From: Nostoc sp. DedSLP01
Lineage (GTDB): Bacteria > Cyanobacteriota > Cyanobacteriia > Cyanobacteriales > Nostocaceae
Direction: 5' to 3'
Assembly: GCA_034530875.2 (NCBI GenBank)
Contig: JAVRCJ020000030.1
Location: 1-64,000, forward strand
DNA length: 64,000 nt
Shown: positions 28,972 through 39,930 of the stretch, in pieces
Layout of the letters: each line of letters opens with the position of its first letter
Position numbering within the stretch: the first letter of the stretch is position 1
Program-made: the position numbers and the translations under genes
The notes under the pieces: generated by a model
Told to the model about the DNA's origin: nothing
Database searches by the model: none
What the model saw: the letters and a program-made list of their open reading frames with translations, nothing else

Positions 28972-29216
28972 GATCGCTAGTATTTACTTTCCCATTTTTT
29001 GGTAATTTATGGGTCAATACAGTCAGTTGAGATAAAACTTTTTTTCTTTCTCTGCCTCCTGTGCTTCCCCTGCCTGCCTCAAAAGCCAAGCTTATTGATT
29101 TATCGTAAATAAAAAGGTTTAAGACCCCTACCTCTACAGGTAGCCCCAGTTTCACTCGGGGTAACAGTCCCCTTGAAGAAATTGTCTTTAATTTTGAATT
29201 TTGAATTTTGAATTGT

Positions 29217-31832
29217 TTATGGGTGATTTGTGGTGGATGGAGTTGCCAGAGGTAATGTGAACCAGAAAATTAACCCACGTTTGCGGTTATTCATGACACC
29301 AATTTCGCCGCCATGTGCCTTAATAACTTGGCGACAAAGATACATTTTTAAACCAATGCTTGTGGAACAACAATCTTGGGGATCGCGGACGTGTAGATCG
29401 AAAAGGCGATCGCACTCTAGTTTAGTCATGGCTACACCGTCATCTTGAATCTGAGTGCGAATCATTCCCGCTTCAACGGTGGCGCTGAGGGTAAAGTTTA
29501 ACCCTGGCGGATTATTTTGCAAGCTATGGGTAACTAAGTGCGCCACAACTTTTTGTAAGCGAGTTGCATCAGCCATGACTAAGGGTAAATCTGCGGTAAC
29601 CAAGTTTTTGAGAGTCGCTTGGTTTTGTGTCAGCGTGGGTTCCAACTGAGCGAAGATTCCTGTTAGTAAGGTGCTAAACTGCACGAGTTCGAGTTGAATT
29701 TCCAGACCTTGTTTTTCACAAGAATTAATTTCTAACAATGAGTTAATCATCGTCAGTTGGCGATCGTTTCCTTGAATCATGCGCTCGATGATTGAGCGAG
29801 ATACGGGAATTGGGGATTGGGGACTGGGGACTGGGGATTGGGGATTGGGGATTGGGAATTGCAGACTGGTTATTCCTCTTGTCCCCTTGTCCCTTTGTCT
29901 CCTTGTCCCCTTGTCCTCTTGTTCCCAGTCCCCGGTTCCTAGTCCCCAGTCCCCAGTCCCCAGCCCCTGATTTAACAAATTCTGCAACACCATCAAATTA
30001 CCCATGACGGAAGTTCGTAAATCGTGGGCGACTGTGTGTAAAACTACATCTTTAACACGATGTAATTCTTCAACTTCTTGGATTTTCTGTTGTAATTGTG
30101 CTGTACGTTCTCGTACTTGGTGTTCTAAATTAGTGTTGAGTTGTGCTAGTTCTCGGTAAATTCGGCTTTGGTGAATGGCGATCGCTACTTGTTCTGACAT
30201 TTGTTGTAGCAAATCAATTTCTATTGGCTGCCAATGACGCGGTGCCGAACATTGATTGGCAATTAACGCACCAAATAGTTCTTCATCTAACATTATTGGT
30301 ACTGCCAAAGCAGCCCTTGTTTGAAATTTTTCACAGTGTGTTGTCACTTTAGAAGATGCTGGCATTTGCGTTATATCTTCAACAACACGCACGACATTAT
30401 CTTGAAGAAAGTTTTTTAATTCTTGGAGATAAGCTTCATCATTTGTAGACCAACCAGAAACTGATGGATATTTGGGATCTACCGATTCGGCAAGAGTTCT
30501 AACCCCGGAAGTAGCATTATACAAACCAATAAAAACTCGGTCGGCTTGCAAAAACTGCCTGACTTCCGTTACCGTAGTTTGGAGAATTTCTTCTAAATTT
30601 AGCGAAGATCGAATTCGCACTAGAGTCTCTGCTAACAAGCGATCGCGTTGTGCCGCTATAAGTAATTGGGCTTCTACTTGCTTGCGTTCTGTAATATCAT
30701 GATGAACTGCTAGTAGGCAAGGATTACCATCTAAATCAATGATTTCCGCTGAAAGCAAAATTGTAATTATCTTTCCAGATTTTTGTCGAAAATCTAATTC
30801 TAAATTTCGGATTACTCCTGTAGTTTGTAATTCTTGTATTATCTTCAAGCGATCGCTTGCATTTATCCACAGATTTAAATCAAAAGAAGTCTTCCCAATT
30901 GCTTCATCTCGCTCGTAACCTGAAAGCCTTACAAAACTGTCGTTAACTTCTATGAAGCGTCCTTCTATGAGCGTACTAATGGTAATTGAATCGGGGCTGC
31001 AACTAAAAGCTTTTGCAAATTTTTGGGCGAGATTTTGGAGAGTAATTTCTGCTTGTTTGCGTTCTGTAATATCTCGAACAATTGCTACTACCTCATCTAT
31101 ACCACTAACTACCAACCGCGCTTCATAATCTCTGATTCCCAAAGGCGTTGCTAGCTGATATTCGTAAGTTTGTAAACTTCCAGTGTCTAAAGTTTTAGCG
31201 ATCGCTTCTTGGCTAATGGCTGCAACATCACTCGGCAATAATTCTTGCAAATTTCTTCCTACTATTTCTTCTCGATTCAGGGTGACATTTGCTCCCTCAC
31301 TTTTCAAATCGAGATATTCGCCATCACGGCTAATGCGAAACATCAAATCGGGAATCGCAGACAAAATTGCTTTATACTGCGCCTCACTTGCTTGCAATTT
31401 TGCTTGTGCTTGTTTTTGCTCTGTAATATCTATAACTAAGCCATTCCAAAGCACATCCCCCTCTTGTTGGGTTTCTGGGGCAAAATTAGCTTGAACCCAC
31501 TTTAATTTGCCACTAGGCGTAAAGATCCGACCTTCCCATTGCCAAGGTGTTAAAGTTTCCTTACAAACAGTTATAGATTTTGTAAAAGCTTTTATATCCT
31601 GTGGATGAATCAGTTCATATAACACGCGAAAGTTTGCTTCTATAACTTCTGGTTCTATTTCATACAAATTTTTACAACCAGAACTTACATAAACCACGGA
31701 CACAGAAGCATCCTGTTGTTGCAGAACTTGGAAAATAACTCCTGGTAAATTGACAGCAATTTTTGATAGCAGGTTAGTAACATGTTGCTGGCAACTTGCT
31801 GTATGCACTGATTTTGTAACGATTTCACCCAC
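29217..31832 (-). CDS. Soluble PAS-PAS-PAS-GAF histidine kinase-like protein with degenerate ATPase domain
   Basis: Three DITE-ending PAS domains; GAF (LQADRV); H-box AHDLRT. The N/G boxes are altered (HLVTHSLQN, DDGVAM, SIGLKM). Confidence 0.88.
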   Translation of the reverse strand: MGEIVTKSVHTASCQQHVTNLLSKIAVNLPGVIFQVLQQQDASVSVVYVSSGCKNLYEIEPEVIEANFRVLYELIHPQDIKAFTKSITVCKETLTPWQWEGRIFTPSGKLKWVQANFAPETQQEGDVLWNGLVIDITEQKQAQAKLQASEAQYKAILSAIPDLMFRISRDGEYLDLKSEGANVTLNREEIVGRNLQELLPSDVAAISQEAIAKTLDTGSLQTYEYQLATPLGIRDYEARLVVSGIDEVVAIVRDITERKQAEITLQNLAQKFAKAFSCSPDSITISTLIEGRFIEVNDSFVRLSGYERDEAIGKTSFDLNLWINASDRLKIIQELQTTGVIRNLELDFRQKSGKIITILLSAEIIDLDGNPCLLAVHHDITERKQVEAQLLIAAQRDRLLAETLVRIRSSLNLEEILQTTVTEVRQFLQADRVFIGLYNATSGVRTLAESVDPKYPSVSGWSTNDEAYLQELKNFLQDNVVRVVEDITQMPASSKVTTHCEKFQTRAALAVPIMLDEELFGALIANQCSAPRHWQPIEIDLLQQMSEQVAIAIHQSRIYRELAQLNTNLEHQVRERTAQLQQKIQEVEELHRVKDVVLHTVAHDLRTSVMGNLMVLQNLLNQGLGTGDWGLGTGDWEQEDKGTRRQRDKGTRGITSLQFPIPNPQSPVPSPQSPIPVSRSIIERMIQGNDRQLTMINSLLEINSCEKQGLEIQLELVQFSTLLTGIFAQLEPTLTQNQATLKNLVTADLPLVMADATRLQKVVAHLVTHSLQNNPPGLNFTLSATVEAGMIRTQIQDDGVAMTKLECDRLFDLHVRDPQDCCSTSIGLKMYLCRQVIKAHGGEIGVMNNRKRGLIFWFTLPLATPSTTNHP
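29806..29967. repeat. In-frame STRR array inside the kinase gene
   Basis: (TGGGGAY)n, (CCTTGTC)n and (AGTCCCC)n translate as GLGTGDW...DKGTR...PQSPVPS. Confidence 0.92.
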
Positions 31833-32243
31833 TCTTCGACCCTTTATAAAGAACTTATTAATGTATAATTAAAATCTAGAATAGCCAATTAAGCAGTTTT
31901 GATTCTGTGAGCGATGATGCTTATAGAATTAAAACTGCATCTTCTTTTAGAGTAGTTCGTGAGTGGGCGATCGCATTCACCCGATTGGGTGAACCATTTA
32001 TCGTGGGTCGAATCAGTTCCTTAGTATATTAAGTTTTAAGCCCGGGATTACCGAGATATTGTTTGGTAGAAGTTAACACTCCAAGTTTATCGAGTTGACG
32101 AGCCTTAATTTTGTTTAACGAGAAATAGCGCGATCGCTAACAACCAAAGCAACTACATTAAAAAATATTAAAAAATTGATTAAATTAGGGTTTTTAAATA
32201 CATATAAAACAATACGGTTGGTGTTAACGTTTTAATCTTCTTA

Positions 32244-32465
32244 AGATCCCCCCAACCCCCCTTAAAAAGGGGGGCAAAAAAGTCTCAAAGTCCCCCTTTT
32301 TAAGGGGGATTTAGGGAGATATAAGACGATTTTGGCTTTGTTCCAGAGATGTGTGTACACCGTAGGGCTTATAAAGGGGGGAACCAGAAAAACGATCGAA
32401 GTCCCCCTTTTTAAGGGGGATTTAGGGGGATCTAGATATGTGCAACTTCACATTAAATTGGTATA
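32244..32465. repeat. REP/MITE-like palindromic repeat cluster
   Basis: CCCCCCTTAAAAAGGGGGG and two copies of AAGTCCCCCTTTTTAAGGGGGATTTAGGG. Confidence 0.8.
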
Positions 32466-32530
32466 ACCCTGTTTGTAGAGACAATTTATCTATTGTCTCT
32501 ACACAAATCACACTTATTTGTCTTAACTGC

Positions 32531-34303
32531 TCATAAATGCGCCATCGCCTCACCTGATACCCTAGATTCCGATTTAATATCTTTGCGTTCTACATAATAG
32601 GAACCCAAAACCAATGCATCCATGTGAGTTCTCAAAAAGCACCCAATTGCTTCTGTAGGCGTCCTTACAATCGGTTCGTTTTCATTGAGTGATGTGTTTA
32701 AAACGATGGGAACGCCAGTACGTTGAGCAAAAATATTAATCAAATCCCAATAAAGGGGATTAGTTTGGCGGCTGACACTTTGTAAGCGACCGGTACCATC
32801 AACATGAGTAACAGCTGGAATTTGCTCTCTTTTTTCAGGGCGAATTTTAAAGACTTTTTCCATGAATGGTGCTGGTTCATCAATCTCAAAAAATTCGCTT
32901 ACCCGTTCTTCGAGAATGCTAGGAGCAAAAGGACGGAACTTTTCTCGGAATTTAATTTTGAGGTTGATAATATCCCGCATATCGCCACGACGGGGATCGG
33001 CGAGGAGGGTTCTGTTGCCCAAAGCTCTAGCAGCAAACTCCATTCTCCCTTGAAACCAACCGACTACTTTTCCTTCACAAAGGGCGTCAACAACATGATG
33101 TAACAGTGCTTCTTTTTCTAGTTTTTGAGGTTGTAAATCGTGAGATTGCAATGCTAGCAAGCATTCTTCATCAGTAAACTCAGAACCCCAATCAGCACGA
33201 TCTAAAACAAACTGACGTGGTTGCTTGAGCAGATGATTCCAGATAAAAAAGGCCGCCCCAATTGATGTACCATTGTCAGCAGCACCAACTGGAATATAGA
33301 CATTTTTAAAGGGTGTATTTTGAGTAATCTTGCCATTAGCAACAGAATTCATCGCTACACCACCTGCTAAGCAGAGATTTTCACTCTCGTAGCGATCGCT
33401 CAATCGATTAATTAAATGAAAAATGATTTCTTCGGTCACCGCCTGCACAGAAGCAGCAATATTTTGATGCTTTTGGGTAACTTCTGACTTCGGATGTCGC
33501 GCCGGCCCGAATAATTTTTCTAGTTCTGGACTGTGGAAAGGTTCAACAATTGGCGCTCCATTATCCCACTTCATGGCAATACCTTGTTCGTGGTGAGTGA
33601 AGTAATCTAAATTCAACTCAAAACTATCACCTTGAGGATAAATAATTCGTCGAAACGCTTCCAAATATTCTGGTTCTCCATAAGGTGCTAATCCCATCAC
33701 CTTATATTCATCTCCATAAGCAGGAAACCCTAAATAAAGGGTGATGGCATTGTAAAGATAACCGATGGAATGAGGGTAATAAGTACGAGAAAAGTACTCT
33801 AAATGGTTACCTTCACCCGCAGCAGCCAGCGTACTTACAAAGTCTCCCATACCATCAATAGATAAGATGGCTGCTTTTTCAAAAGGAGAAACAAAAAAAG
33901 CACTTGCTAGGTGAGTTGTATGGTGTTCCAGGTTATGGATTGTCGCCCTAATCTCTTCAGGTTGAGAATAACAAGCTTCTGCTAACTGTTGCTTCAGACT
34001 CGTAGATTTACTTTGTTTGTTAAACCGATCTAAAAGCGATGATAGGGAAGGACGTTGTTGGAGAGTAAACAGAAGTTTGCGATTGAGGTTGGCTTTGGGG
34101 TTAAAAGATACCGCCACATGGTCTAAATCTGCGGCACTAATACCACCAACTTTCAAGCAATAGCGAATAGATTCTGCGGGAAATCCAGCCCAATGTTTAA
34201 CTCTATTAAACCTTTCTTCTTCAACTGCGGCAATCAATTGACCATCTTGAACTAGACAAGCTGAAGCATCACCGTGGTAAGCGTTAATTCCAAGAATATT
34301 CAT
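32531..34303 (-). CDS. O-carbamoyltransferase (NodU/CmcH family)
   Basis: HGDASA, EEERFNRVKH, EHHTTH, DGMGD, EYKVMGLAPYG, GGVAMN, RALGNR, REKFRPFAP, HVDGTGR, LNTSLN. Confidence 0.95.
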   Translation of the reverse strand: MNILGINAYHGDASACLVQDGQLIAAVEEERFNRVKHWAGFPAESIRYCLKVGGISAADLDHVAVSFNPKANLNRKLLFTLQQRPSLSSLLDRFNKQSKSTSLKQQLAEACYSQPEEIRATIHNLEHHTTHLASAFFVSPFEKAAILSIDGMGDFVSTLAAAGEGNHLEYFSRTYYPHSIGYLYNAITLYLGFPAYGDEYKVMGLAPYGEPEYLEAFRRIIYPQGDSFELNLDYFTHHEQGIAMKWDNGAPIVEPFHSPELEKLFGPARHPKSEVTQKHQNIAASVQAVTEEIIFHLINRLSDRYESENLCLAGGVAMNSVANGKITQNTPFKNVYIPVGAADNGTSIGAAFFIWNHLLKQPRQFVLDRADWGSEFTDEECLLALQSHDLQPQKLEKEALLHHVVDALCEGKVVGWFQGRMEFAARALGNRTLLADPRRGDMRDIINLKIKFREKFRPFAPSILEERVSEFFEIDEPAPFMEKVFKIRPEKREQIPAVTHVDGTGRLQSVSRQTNPLYWDLINIFAQRTGVPIVLNTSLNENEPIVRTPTEAIGCFLRTHMDALVLGSYYVERKDIKSESRVSGEAMAHL

Positions 34304-34411
34304 AGTTTAAGTTTGATTATTTGAAATATTGAAATTGCTTAAATATCAGCAATCCAGAATATTGGTATGAATAAGCAACGCCTAAAACTTCTTGTTGCTC
34401 GTAATCTTCTT

Positions 34412-35536
34412 TCATACAAGAGCTTGGGAATGTCGCTTCCGGAAATAAGGTGCTTCAAGCCAATGGTAGGAGAGAGAAGACAAGGGAATCAACACTACGA
34501 GGGACAATATTAGGGCAATATGCTGAGTAAAAGGTGTTTCACCAAACTGTTTGGCAACTAATTGTGAAATCCATGCACAAGGATACCAATGCCATAAATA
34601 AAGGCTGTATGACCAACGACCAATGGCTTGGATGAAACGATGACTGAGCCATTTTTCAAACACAGAACTGCTGGCGATCGCATTCCAGAGCATGAGGCTA
34701 TAGCCGAGAGTTAAAACAGGTTCGGCTAGAATTTTACATATATATCCAAAAGAGCTAGCTAAATTTACTACTTCAGTAACCATTAACAAACGACCGAAAT
34801 AGGCGATGCTAAATGCAATTAAAAAACCCTTCTCCGCCGACAAAATTTTCGGGGGCATAATTTTTTTGATATATAACCAGGCTATACACATACCCCAAGC
34901 AAACTCCACTAGGCGGATAGGTATTTGAGGTTTCCAAATCAGTTCTAATTCGGCAGGACTCGCATACATCCAAGTACGGCATCCCATCGAAAATAAAATA
35001 GTTACAGTAATTACAGGCCAAAATCCCCACTGTGCCGCAGCCCAAATAAATAAAGGCACAAACAGGTAAAAGTGCCACTCTGTTGCCAGCGACCAAAAAG
35101 GAGAAGCTAACCTTCCTGTATTCGGAAAAAAGATATGGGTAAAACTTGCATGAGACAACAAATCAACCCAAGGTAAAGATTTGCCTACAAAAATATAGAT
35201 AATTGCACATACTGATGCTGATATATAGAAAGCCGGGGCAATTCTTAACCAACGGTTTTTCAGAAAAGTAACGTAACTAGTCCAGGCAAACTGAGTTTGT
35301 TGGCGGGTATACATTAAATACATGCAAAACCCACTAATCACGAAAAACATATCTACTCCCGTGCCAATCATTGACACAGCTCTATTCAAGTCCAAATCAA
35401 TAGAAGCAATTTTTCCCAATGATAAAATTGGGTTACCGCAGAAGAACCAAACATGGGCCCATACTACTCCTAGAACGGCGATACCACGCAAGCCGTCCAC
35501 TGGGACAATTCGAGAATTAGCACGAACTTCAGCCAT
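34412..35536 (-). CDS. Acyltransferase-3 family O-acyltransferase
   Basis: DGLRGIA, GVDMFFVISGF, RWLRIAP, WSLATEWHFY, SYSLYLWH, SYHWLE. Confidence 0.93.
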   Translation of the reverse strand: MAEVRANSRIVPVDGLRGIAVLGVVWAHVWFFCGNPILSLGKIASIDLDLNRAVSMIGTGVDMFFVISGFCMYLMYTRQQTQFAWTSYVTFLKNRWLRIAPAFYISASVCAIIYIFVGKSLPWVDLLSHASFTHIFFPNTGRLASPFWSLATEWHFYLFVPLFIWAAAQWGFWPVITVTILFSMGCRTWMYASPAELELIWKPQIPIRLVEFAWGMCIAWLYIKKIMPPKILSAEKGFLIAFSIAYFGRLLMVTEVVNLASSFGYICKILAEPVLTLGYSLMLWNAIASSSVFEKWLSHRFIQAIGRWSYSLYLWHWYPCAWISQLVAKQFGETPFTQHIALILSLVVLIPLSSLSYHWLEAPYFRKRHSQALV

Positions 35537-35624
35537 AATAAAATTAAATTTTGAAGATTGCAGAAAAAATAACCAACCAAATTCTGATGGCTGACCAAGC
35601 CCCGTTGGGGCGCTTTGTTGGTTG

Positions 35625-35776
35625 TAGGGTGTGGGGTGTTAGGGAAGAAAAAGCCCCAACCACCTCCTTCTTTACAAGCCCTGCCCTTGAGGGCAATTGT
35701 GTTGGTAGGGGATACAAGCCCCTTCCAACACACTTTTCACTACACCCTACACCCCACACCCCACACCCCACACCCT
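35625..35776. repeat. STRR inverted arrays (GGGTGT(G/A)/CACACCC)
   Basis: TAGGGTGTGGGGTG...CACCCTACACCCCACACCCCACACCCCACACCCT. Confidence 0.8.
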
Positions 35777-35802
35777 ATTTTTGACGTCTTGATTTTTTCT
35801 AG

Positions 35803-36576
35803 TTAATTTGTATTTTCGGCTTCTATTAGCCGAATTACTAGCAGAATTTCTGCCAGTACGCGCTGCAATGCATAGTACCAACCATGCCAGCCATCTAAAA
35901 TACCTCCTTTCAATATCAGGCAGTAAATTAAGATGATGAAGGGAGCTAGGATTTTTTGTTTGCGGATGCGATCGCCTAAACTAAGTTCGTTTTCTGGAGT
36001 TTCTAGTAATTTTTTTGCTTCGATCGCCATATAGCGATCCTGCGCCCACAACCAACGGCTTAGGGGTTTGCGATCGTCGTGAAAAATGCAAGCTAAAAGT
36101 TTTTGAGAATTTCCCTCCACAATCACGCGATGCGCGTGTCCATCATCTTGATAAATCGCTTTTTTTGACTTATATAAAACTTTCCGTGGTGGTAGTAACG
36201 TACCGTGCAAAGGTTTGCCAAAAATACAATATTTAAATGGCACAATATAACTATTTATTTCCGATTTTTCTGGTAAAAAATTAATTTCATTAATTAATTC
36301 TTCACTCAGAATATAATCAGCATCTAAAGAAAGAACCCAGGTAGTATCAATTTTTGATAAGCCATAATTGCATTGATTGGCAAAGGAATCAAATTTTCTA
36401 TAAAAAACTTTTACTTGAGGATAATTTTGCAGGATGTCTACAGTATCATCATCACTATAACTGTCAATAACAATAATCTTGTTTGCCCAGGTCAGGCGCT
36501 CGATGACGCGATGAATATTTGGGGATTCGTTGTAAGTAAGGATGAGAGGAGTAATTCTCTCTAAGATAGATGCCAT
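35803..36576 (-). CDS. Glycosyltransferase family 2
   Basis: ILTYNE, IDSYSDDDT, QCNYGL, SLDAD, LKGGILDG. Confidence 0.92.
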   Translation of the reverse strand: MASILERITPLILTYNESPNIHRVIERLTWANKIIVIDSYSDDDTVDILQNYPQVKVFYRKFDSFANQCNYGLSKIDTTWVLSLDADYILSEELINEINFLPEKSEINSYIVPFKYCIFGKPLHGTLLPPRKVLYKSKKAIYQDDGHAHRVIVEGNSQKLLACIFHDDRKPLSRWLWAQDRYMAIEAKKLLETPENELSLGDRIRKQKILAPFIILIYCLILKGGILDGWHGWYYALQRVLAEILLVIRLIEAENTN

Positions 36577-36715
36577 AAATCAATCAAGTTTATTAAGGAT
36601 TGCCGAGTGTTTTCACTTAATCGCAGTCCACAAGAAAAAGCAGTCTGACGAATAAATTTGATGCGCTAGTCTTGAGAGCGATCGCTAAATACAGTCTCTT
36701 GATGACTTCGATATG

Positions 36716-37912
36716 CTAAATTATTGTTTGAGATAGTAATTCTTGCTTGAGAAGTTTCGTATATATATCCATAAGATTTTTAGCAATGCGATTCCAGGTA
36801 TAGTTCTCCAAAACTAATTGACGAGCGCGATCGCCCATTTCTATACCGACTTGAGGATGGCTCAAATAGCGATCGATAGCTTCGGCAATTGCTGAAACAT
36901 CCATTTGGGCAATGTAACCAAGCTGATTTTGTTGCACCACACTAGCTAAAGCCACACCAGGAGTTAGTAAAACGGGAACGCCTACAGCTAAAGCCTCCAA
37001 AACAGCTACTCCAAAATTTTCCGAGTGGGATGTGAGTGCAAATAAATCCGAGCCTTGGATGAATAAGTTTTTTGTCTCTCCAGCCACAAATCCAGGCAGA
37101 TAGGTGCGATGGCGAATGCCAGTTTTGACTAGAAGAGACTCTATTTCCGCTTCGTATTCTTTGGTACCGCTACCTGCTAAAACAAAACTAAAACGGCGAT
37201 CGCTCAATTTACCCAAGGCTTTGATGAGATAATCTAGTCCTTTTTTAGGATGCAAACGAGATAAAAATAAGATCACAGGTTCATCTGCTGGCAGGTTGAG
37301 GTATTGACGGAGGCGATGACGAGCGTTAGCTACAGGTTCGGGAATCAACAGTCCGTGAGGTAAAACAAAGCTAGGAACCCTCAAACCTAAATCAGCAACT
37401 TCCTGTTGTTCTTGTTGTGAGGTAAGGTGCAGTGCTTGGGCGTGGTTGAGGTTAGCTCGTTCGATGGACTGGAGATAAATCTGTTTTTTGCGGGCACTTT
37501 GCTGGAGCGACCATTCACACAGTTGTCCTAAAGGGCGAACAATGTAAGGAATGTTTTTAATTCGAGCGATCGCCATCGCCACTGTAGAAGCGTATGAAAA
37601 AATAGCGTGGACATGTAACAAGTCGTAGTTACCAGCATTTTGCCACAACCACCAAGTTAGCTGACTAGAAAAGGCAAATTCCCTAATGAAGTTAACTTGA
37701 GGAGAAAAACGCGAGAAAAACCAAATTGGTACTTGTTTATACTCGATGCACTGTTTTAAAGGCACATCAAGTAAATCGTTGCCATTATCATTAGTGGTGG
37801 CAATTTCTGCTGCAACTCCTTGATTTCGCAGTGCTTTAACTGTTTCTAATACTGCTTGACTAGGCCCGCCTCGCACTGATGCCACAGAAGGAATAATATG
37901 AAGAATTTTCAT
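36716..37912 (-). CDS. Glycosyltransferase family 4
   Basis: GGPS, FLSRLHPKKG, ENFGVAVLEA. Confidence 0.92.
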   Translation of the reverse strand: MKILHIIPSVASVRGGPSQAVLETVKALRNQGVAAEIATTNDNGNDLLDVPLKQCIEYKQVPIWFFSRFSPQVNFIREFAFSSQLTWWLWQNAGNYDLLHVHAIFSYASTVAMAIARIKNIPYIVRPLGQLCEWSLQQSARKKQIYLQSIERANLNHAQALHLTSQQEQQEVADLGLRVPSFVLPHGLLIPEPVANARHRLRQYLNLPADEPVILFLSRLHPKKGLDYLIKALGKLSDRRFSFVLAGSGTKEYEAEIESLLVKTGIRHRTYLPGFVAGETKNLFIQGSDLFALTSHSENFGVAVLEALAVGVPVLLTPGVALASVVQQNQLGYIAQMDVSAIAEAIDRYLSHPQVGIEMGDRARQLVLENYTWNRIAKNLMDIYTKLLKQELLSQTII

Positions 37913-38054
37913 GTTTATCCAAAACTTTTACGTTTTGAAATAGGAGTTATCAAACTAAGAATATTTGTTTTCTTACTATATAGAAATATAAATTTAATTT
38001 ATTCTACAAGATTTCTAATTTTGATTGTGGGAATTTTCTCGTTCATTTTAAAAC

Positions 38055-39863
38055 TTATACTGCAACTTGCTGCCACCAAGAATGGAGAATTGCTAAACTC
38101 CAACGACGATACCATAGTTTGAGATTAATATCTTTACTGAATTCATGAACTGGAAAATAATCGCTCCAATCTTTCTCTATCCATTCCTGGAATGGAAAAA
38201 AGAATCCTCGCTTGGGACGATTAAGCAACCAACTTGGTAACTCAGGAATTGCTTGAATTAATAATTGTTTACCTGGTGCGAGACGCATCTGGCTAGGAAT
38301 AGAAGCGATCGCTTCTAGTAAAGCTCGGTCAACTAAGGGAACTCGCAATTCTAAACCCCATGCCATACTCATAATATCGCTATCGCGCAACAACTGATTA
38401 CGCATATAACAGCTCAGTTCTAAACGGCTAACTTCATCTTCCAAAGAAGGGAGATTTTTAGTGAGGTTGCTATCTGGAAAAATCATTCCCTCCCAAATCG
38501 GAAAATAGGAATCTTTGAGGTAGTGCCGAGTAATTTTCCAAGCTTCTGTTTGGGAGAAAATGCCTCTAAAACTACGGTAAGCTGCTGCACTTGTTGGCTT
38601 TTGTTGTAAAAAGTCTCCTAAACGTTTGATTCGTGGCGATGTCCCCCAAGTTGCTAATCCTTTGCCTACAGTGTTACTGATGGGTTGAATTTTGTGGAGT
38701 TGCTGACCCCAACGAACCATATTTGGCACTTGCTGAAATGTTTTATAGCCACCAAATAATTCATCTCCACCTAATCCAGATAAAACTACTTTAGTCCCAT
38801 CTTTGCAGGCAATTTGGGAGACACAAAAAGTATTGAAGCCGTCAATACTAGGTTGGTCGATACTTGCTAAAAATTTTGGTAATAAATCTCGTCCTAAAGA
38901 GGAAGTTACTCGATATTCTGTATGTTCGGTATCAAATTCTTGAGCAATCTTTTGGGCGAGTTCTCCTTCATTCCACTCATTTTCTTCAAAGCCAATTGAG
39001 TAGGTGCGTAAATTCCCTTTTTGAGTTTGACGAGCTAAGGCAACAATTGAGCTTGAGTCAATTCCACCACTTAAAAATATTCCTACTGGCACATCGCTGA
39101 TAAAGTGATGTTCGGTAGAGTCAATGAGTGCATTACGGACTTTTTCTTTAGCTTCTGCCAGAGAAATTGTTTCCGAACCAAAGTTAATTTGCCAATATTG
39201 TTTTTGGATGAGATTACCTGCTTGCCATCGCAACCAATGGCCGGCTTGTAAACAGCGAATTCCGGCAATTAAGGTGTGAGGTTCTGGTACTGTTCCACTG
39301 ACAAGATAGCCATATAAACCCTCTGGACTTAAGGCAATGCTAGGTAATTTCGATGCTAGAATTGCTCTAATTTCTGAAGCGAATATTAAATTCGCTCCAG
39401 ATTGCCAATAGTATAAAGGTTTAATTCCTAAAGGATCGCGGGCAATAAAGCAGGTTTGTTCTTGGTTATCCCAAATCGCAAAAGCAAACATACCGCGCAA
39501 TTTATCGACGCATTCTGCTCCTTGCTGCTGATAAAGTTTGAGAATAACTTCAGTATCGGTTTGGGAAGAAAATTTTTCTCCTTTTGCTTCTAGAGTTTGC
39601 CGCAGTTCTAGAAAGTTGTAAATTTCTCCATTAAAAGTAATCCAATAGCGTCCGTCAGCTGTAGACATCGGTTGATGTCCTGCTGCACTCAGGTCAAGAA
39701 TGGAAAGGCGAGTATGAGCAAAACCAACTTCTCTATCTGGAGAAATATAAATTCCTCGGTCGTCAGGGCCGCGATGCTGGAGCGCATTTTGCATTCTCAG
39801 CATTAAGGTTTCCAAACTGTTTTTAATCTCAGTTTGCGTTAAAATTCCGGCAATGCCACACAT
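38055..39863 (-). CDS. asnB: Asparagine synthase (glutamine-hydrolysing)-like amidotransferase
   Basis: MCGIAG, HRGPD, FNGEIYN, ARDPLGIKPLY, LSGGIDS, LSGLGGDELF. Its position in the glycan cluster suggests sugar amidation. Confidence 0.93.
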   Translation of the reverse strand: MCGIAGILTQTEIKNSLETLMLRMQNALQHRGPDDRGIYISPDREVGFAHTRLSILDLSAAGHQPMSTADGRYWITFNGEIYNFLELRQTLEAKGEKFSSQTDTEVILKLYQQQGAECVDKLRGMFAFAIWDNQEQTCFIARDPLGIKPLYYWQSGANLIFASEIRAILASKLPSIALSPEGLYGYLVSGTVPEPHTLIAGIRCLQAGHWLRWQAGNLIQKQYWQINFGSETISLAEAKEKVRNALIDSTEHHFISDVPVGIFLSGGIDSSSIVALARQTQKGNLRTYSIGFEENEWNEGELAQKIAQEFDTEHTEYRVTSSLGRDLLPKFLASIDQPSIDGFNTFCVSQIACKDGTKVVLSGLGGDELFGGYKTFQQVPNMVRWGQQLHKIQPISNTVGKGLATWGTSPRIKRLGDFLQQKPTSAAAYRSFRGIFSQTEAWKITRHYLKDSYFPIWEGMIFPDSNLTKNLPSLEDEVSRLELSCYMRNQLLRDSDIMSMAWGLELRVPLVDRALLEAIASIPSQMRLAPGKQLLIQAIPELPSWLLNRPKRGFFFPFQEWIEKDWSDYFPVHEFSKDINLKLWYRRWSLAILHSWWQQVAV

Positions 39864-39930
39864 AATTTTTTAATTACTAAAAAATTTTTACATAATAAGA
39901 GATTGAAAATAATTGTCATTTTTAAAGCAT

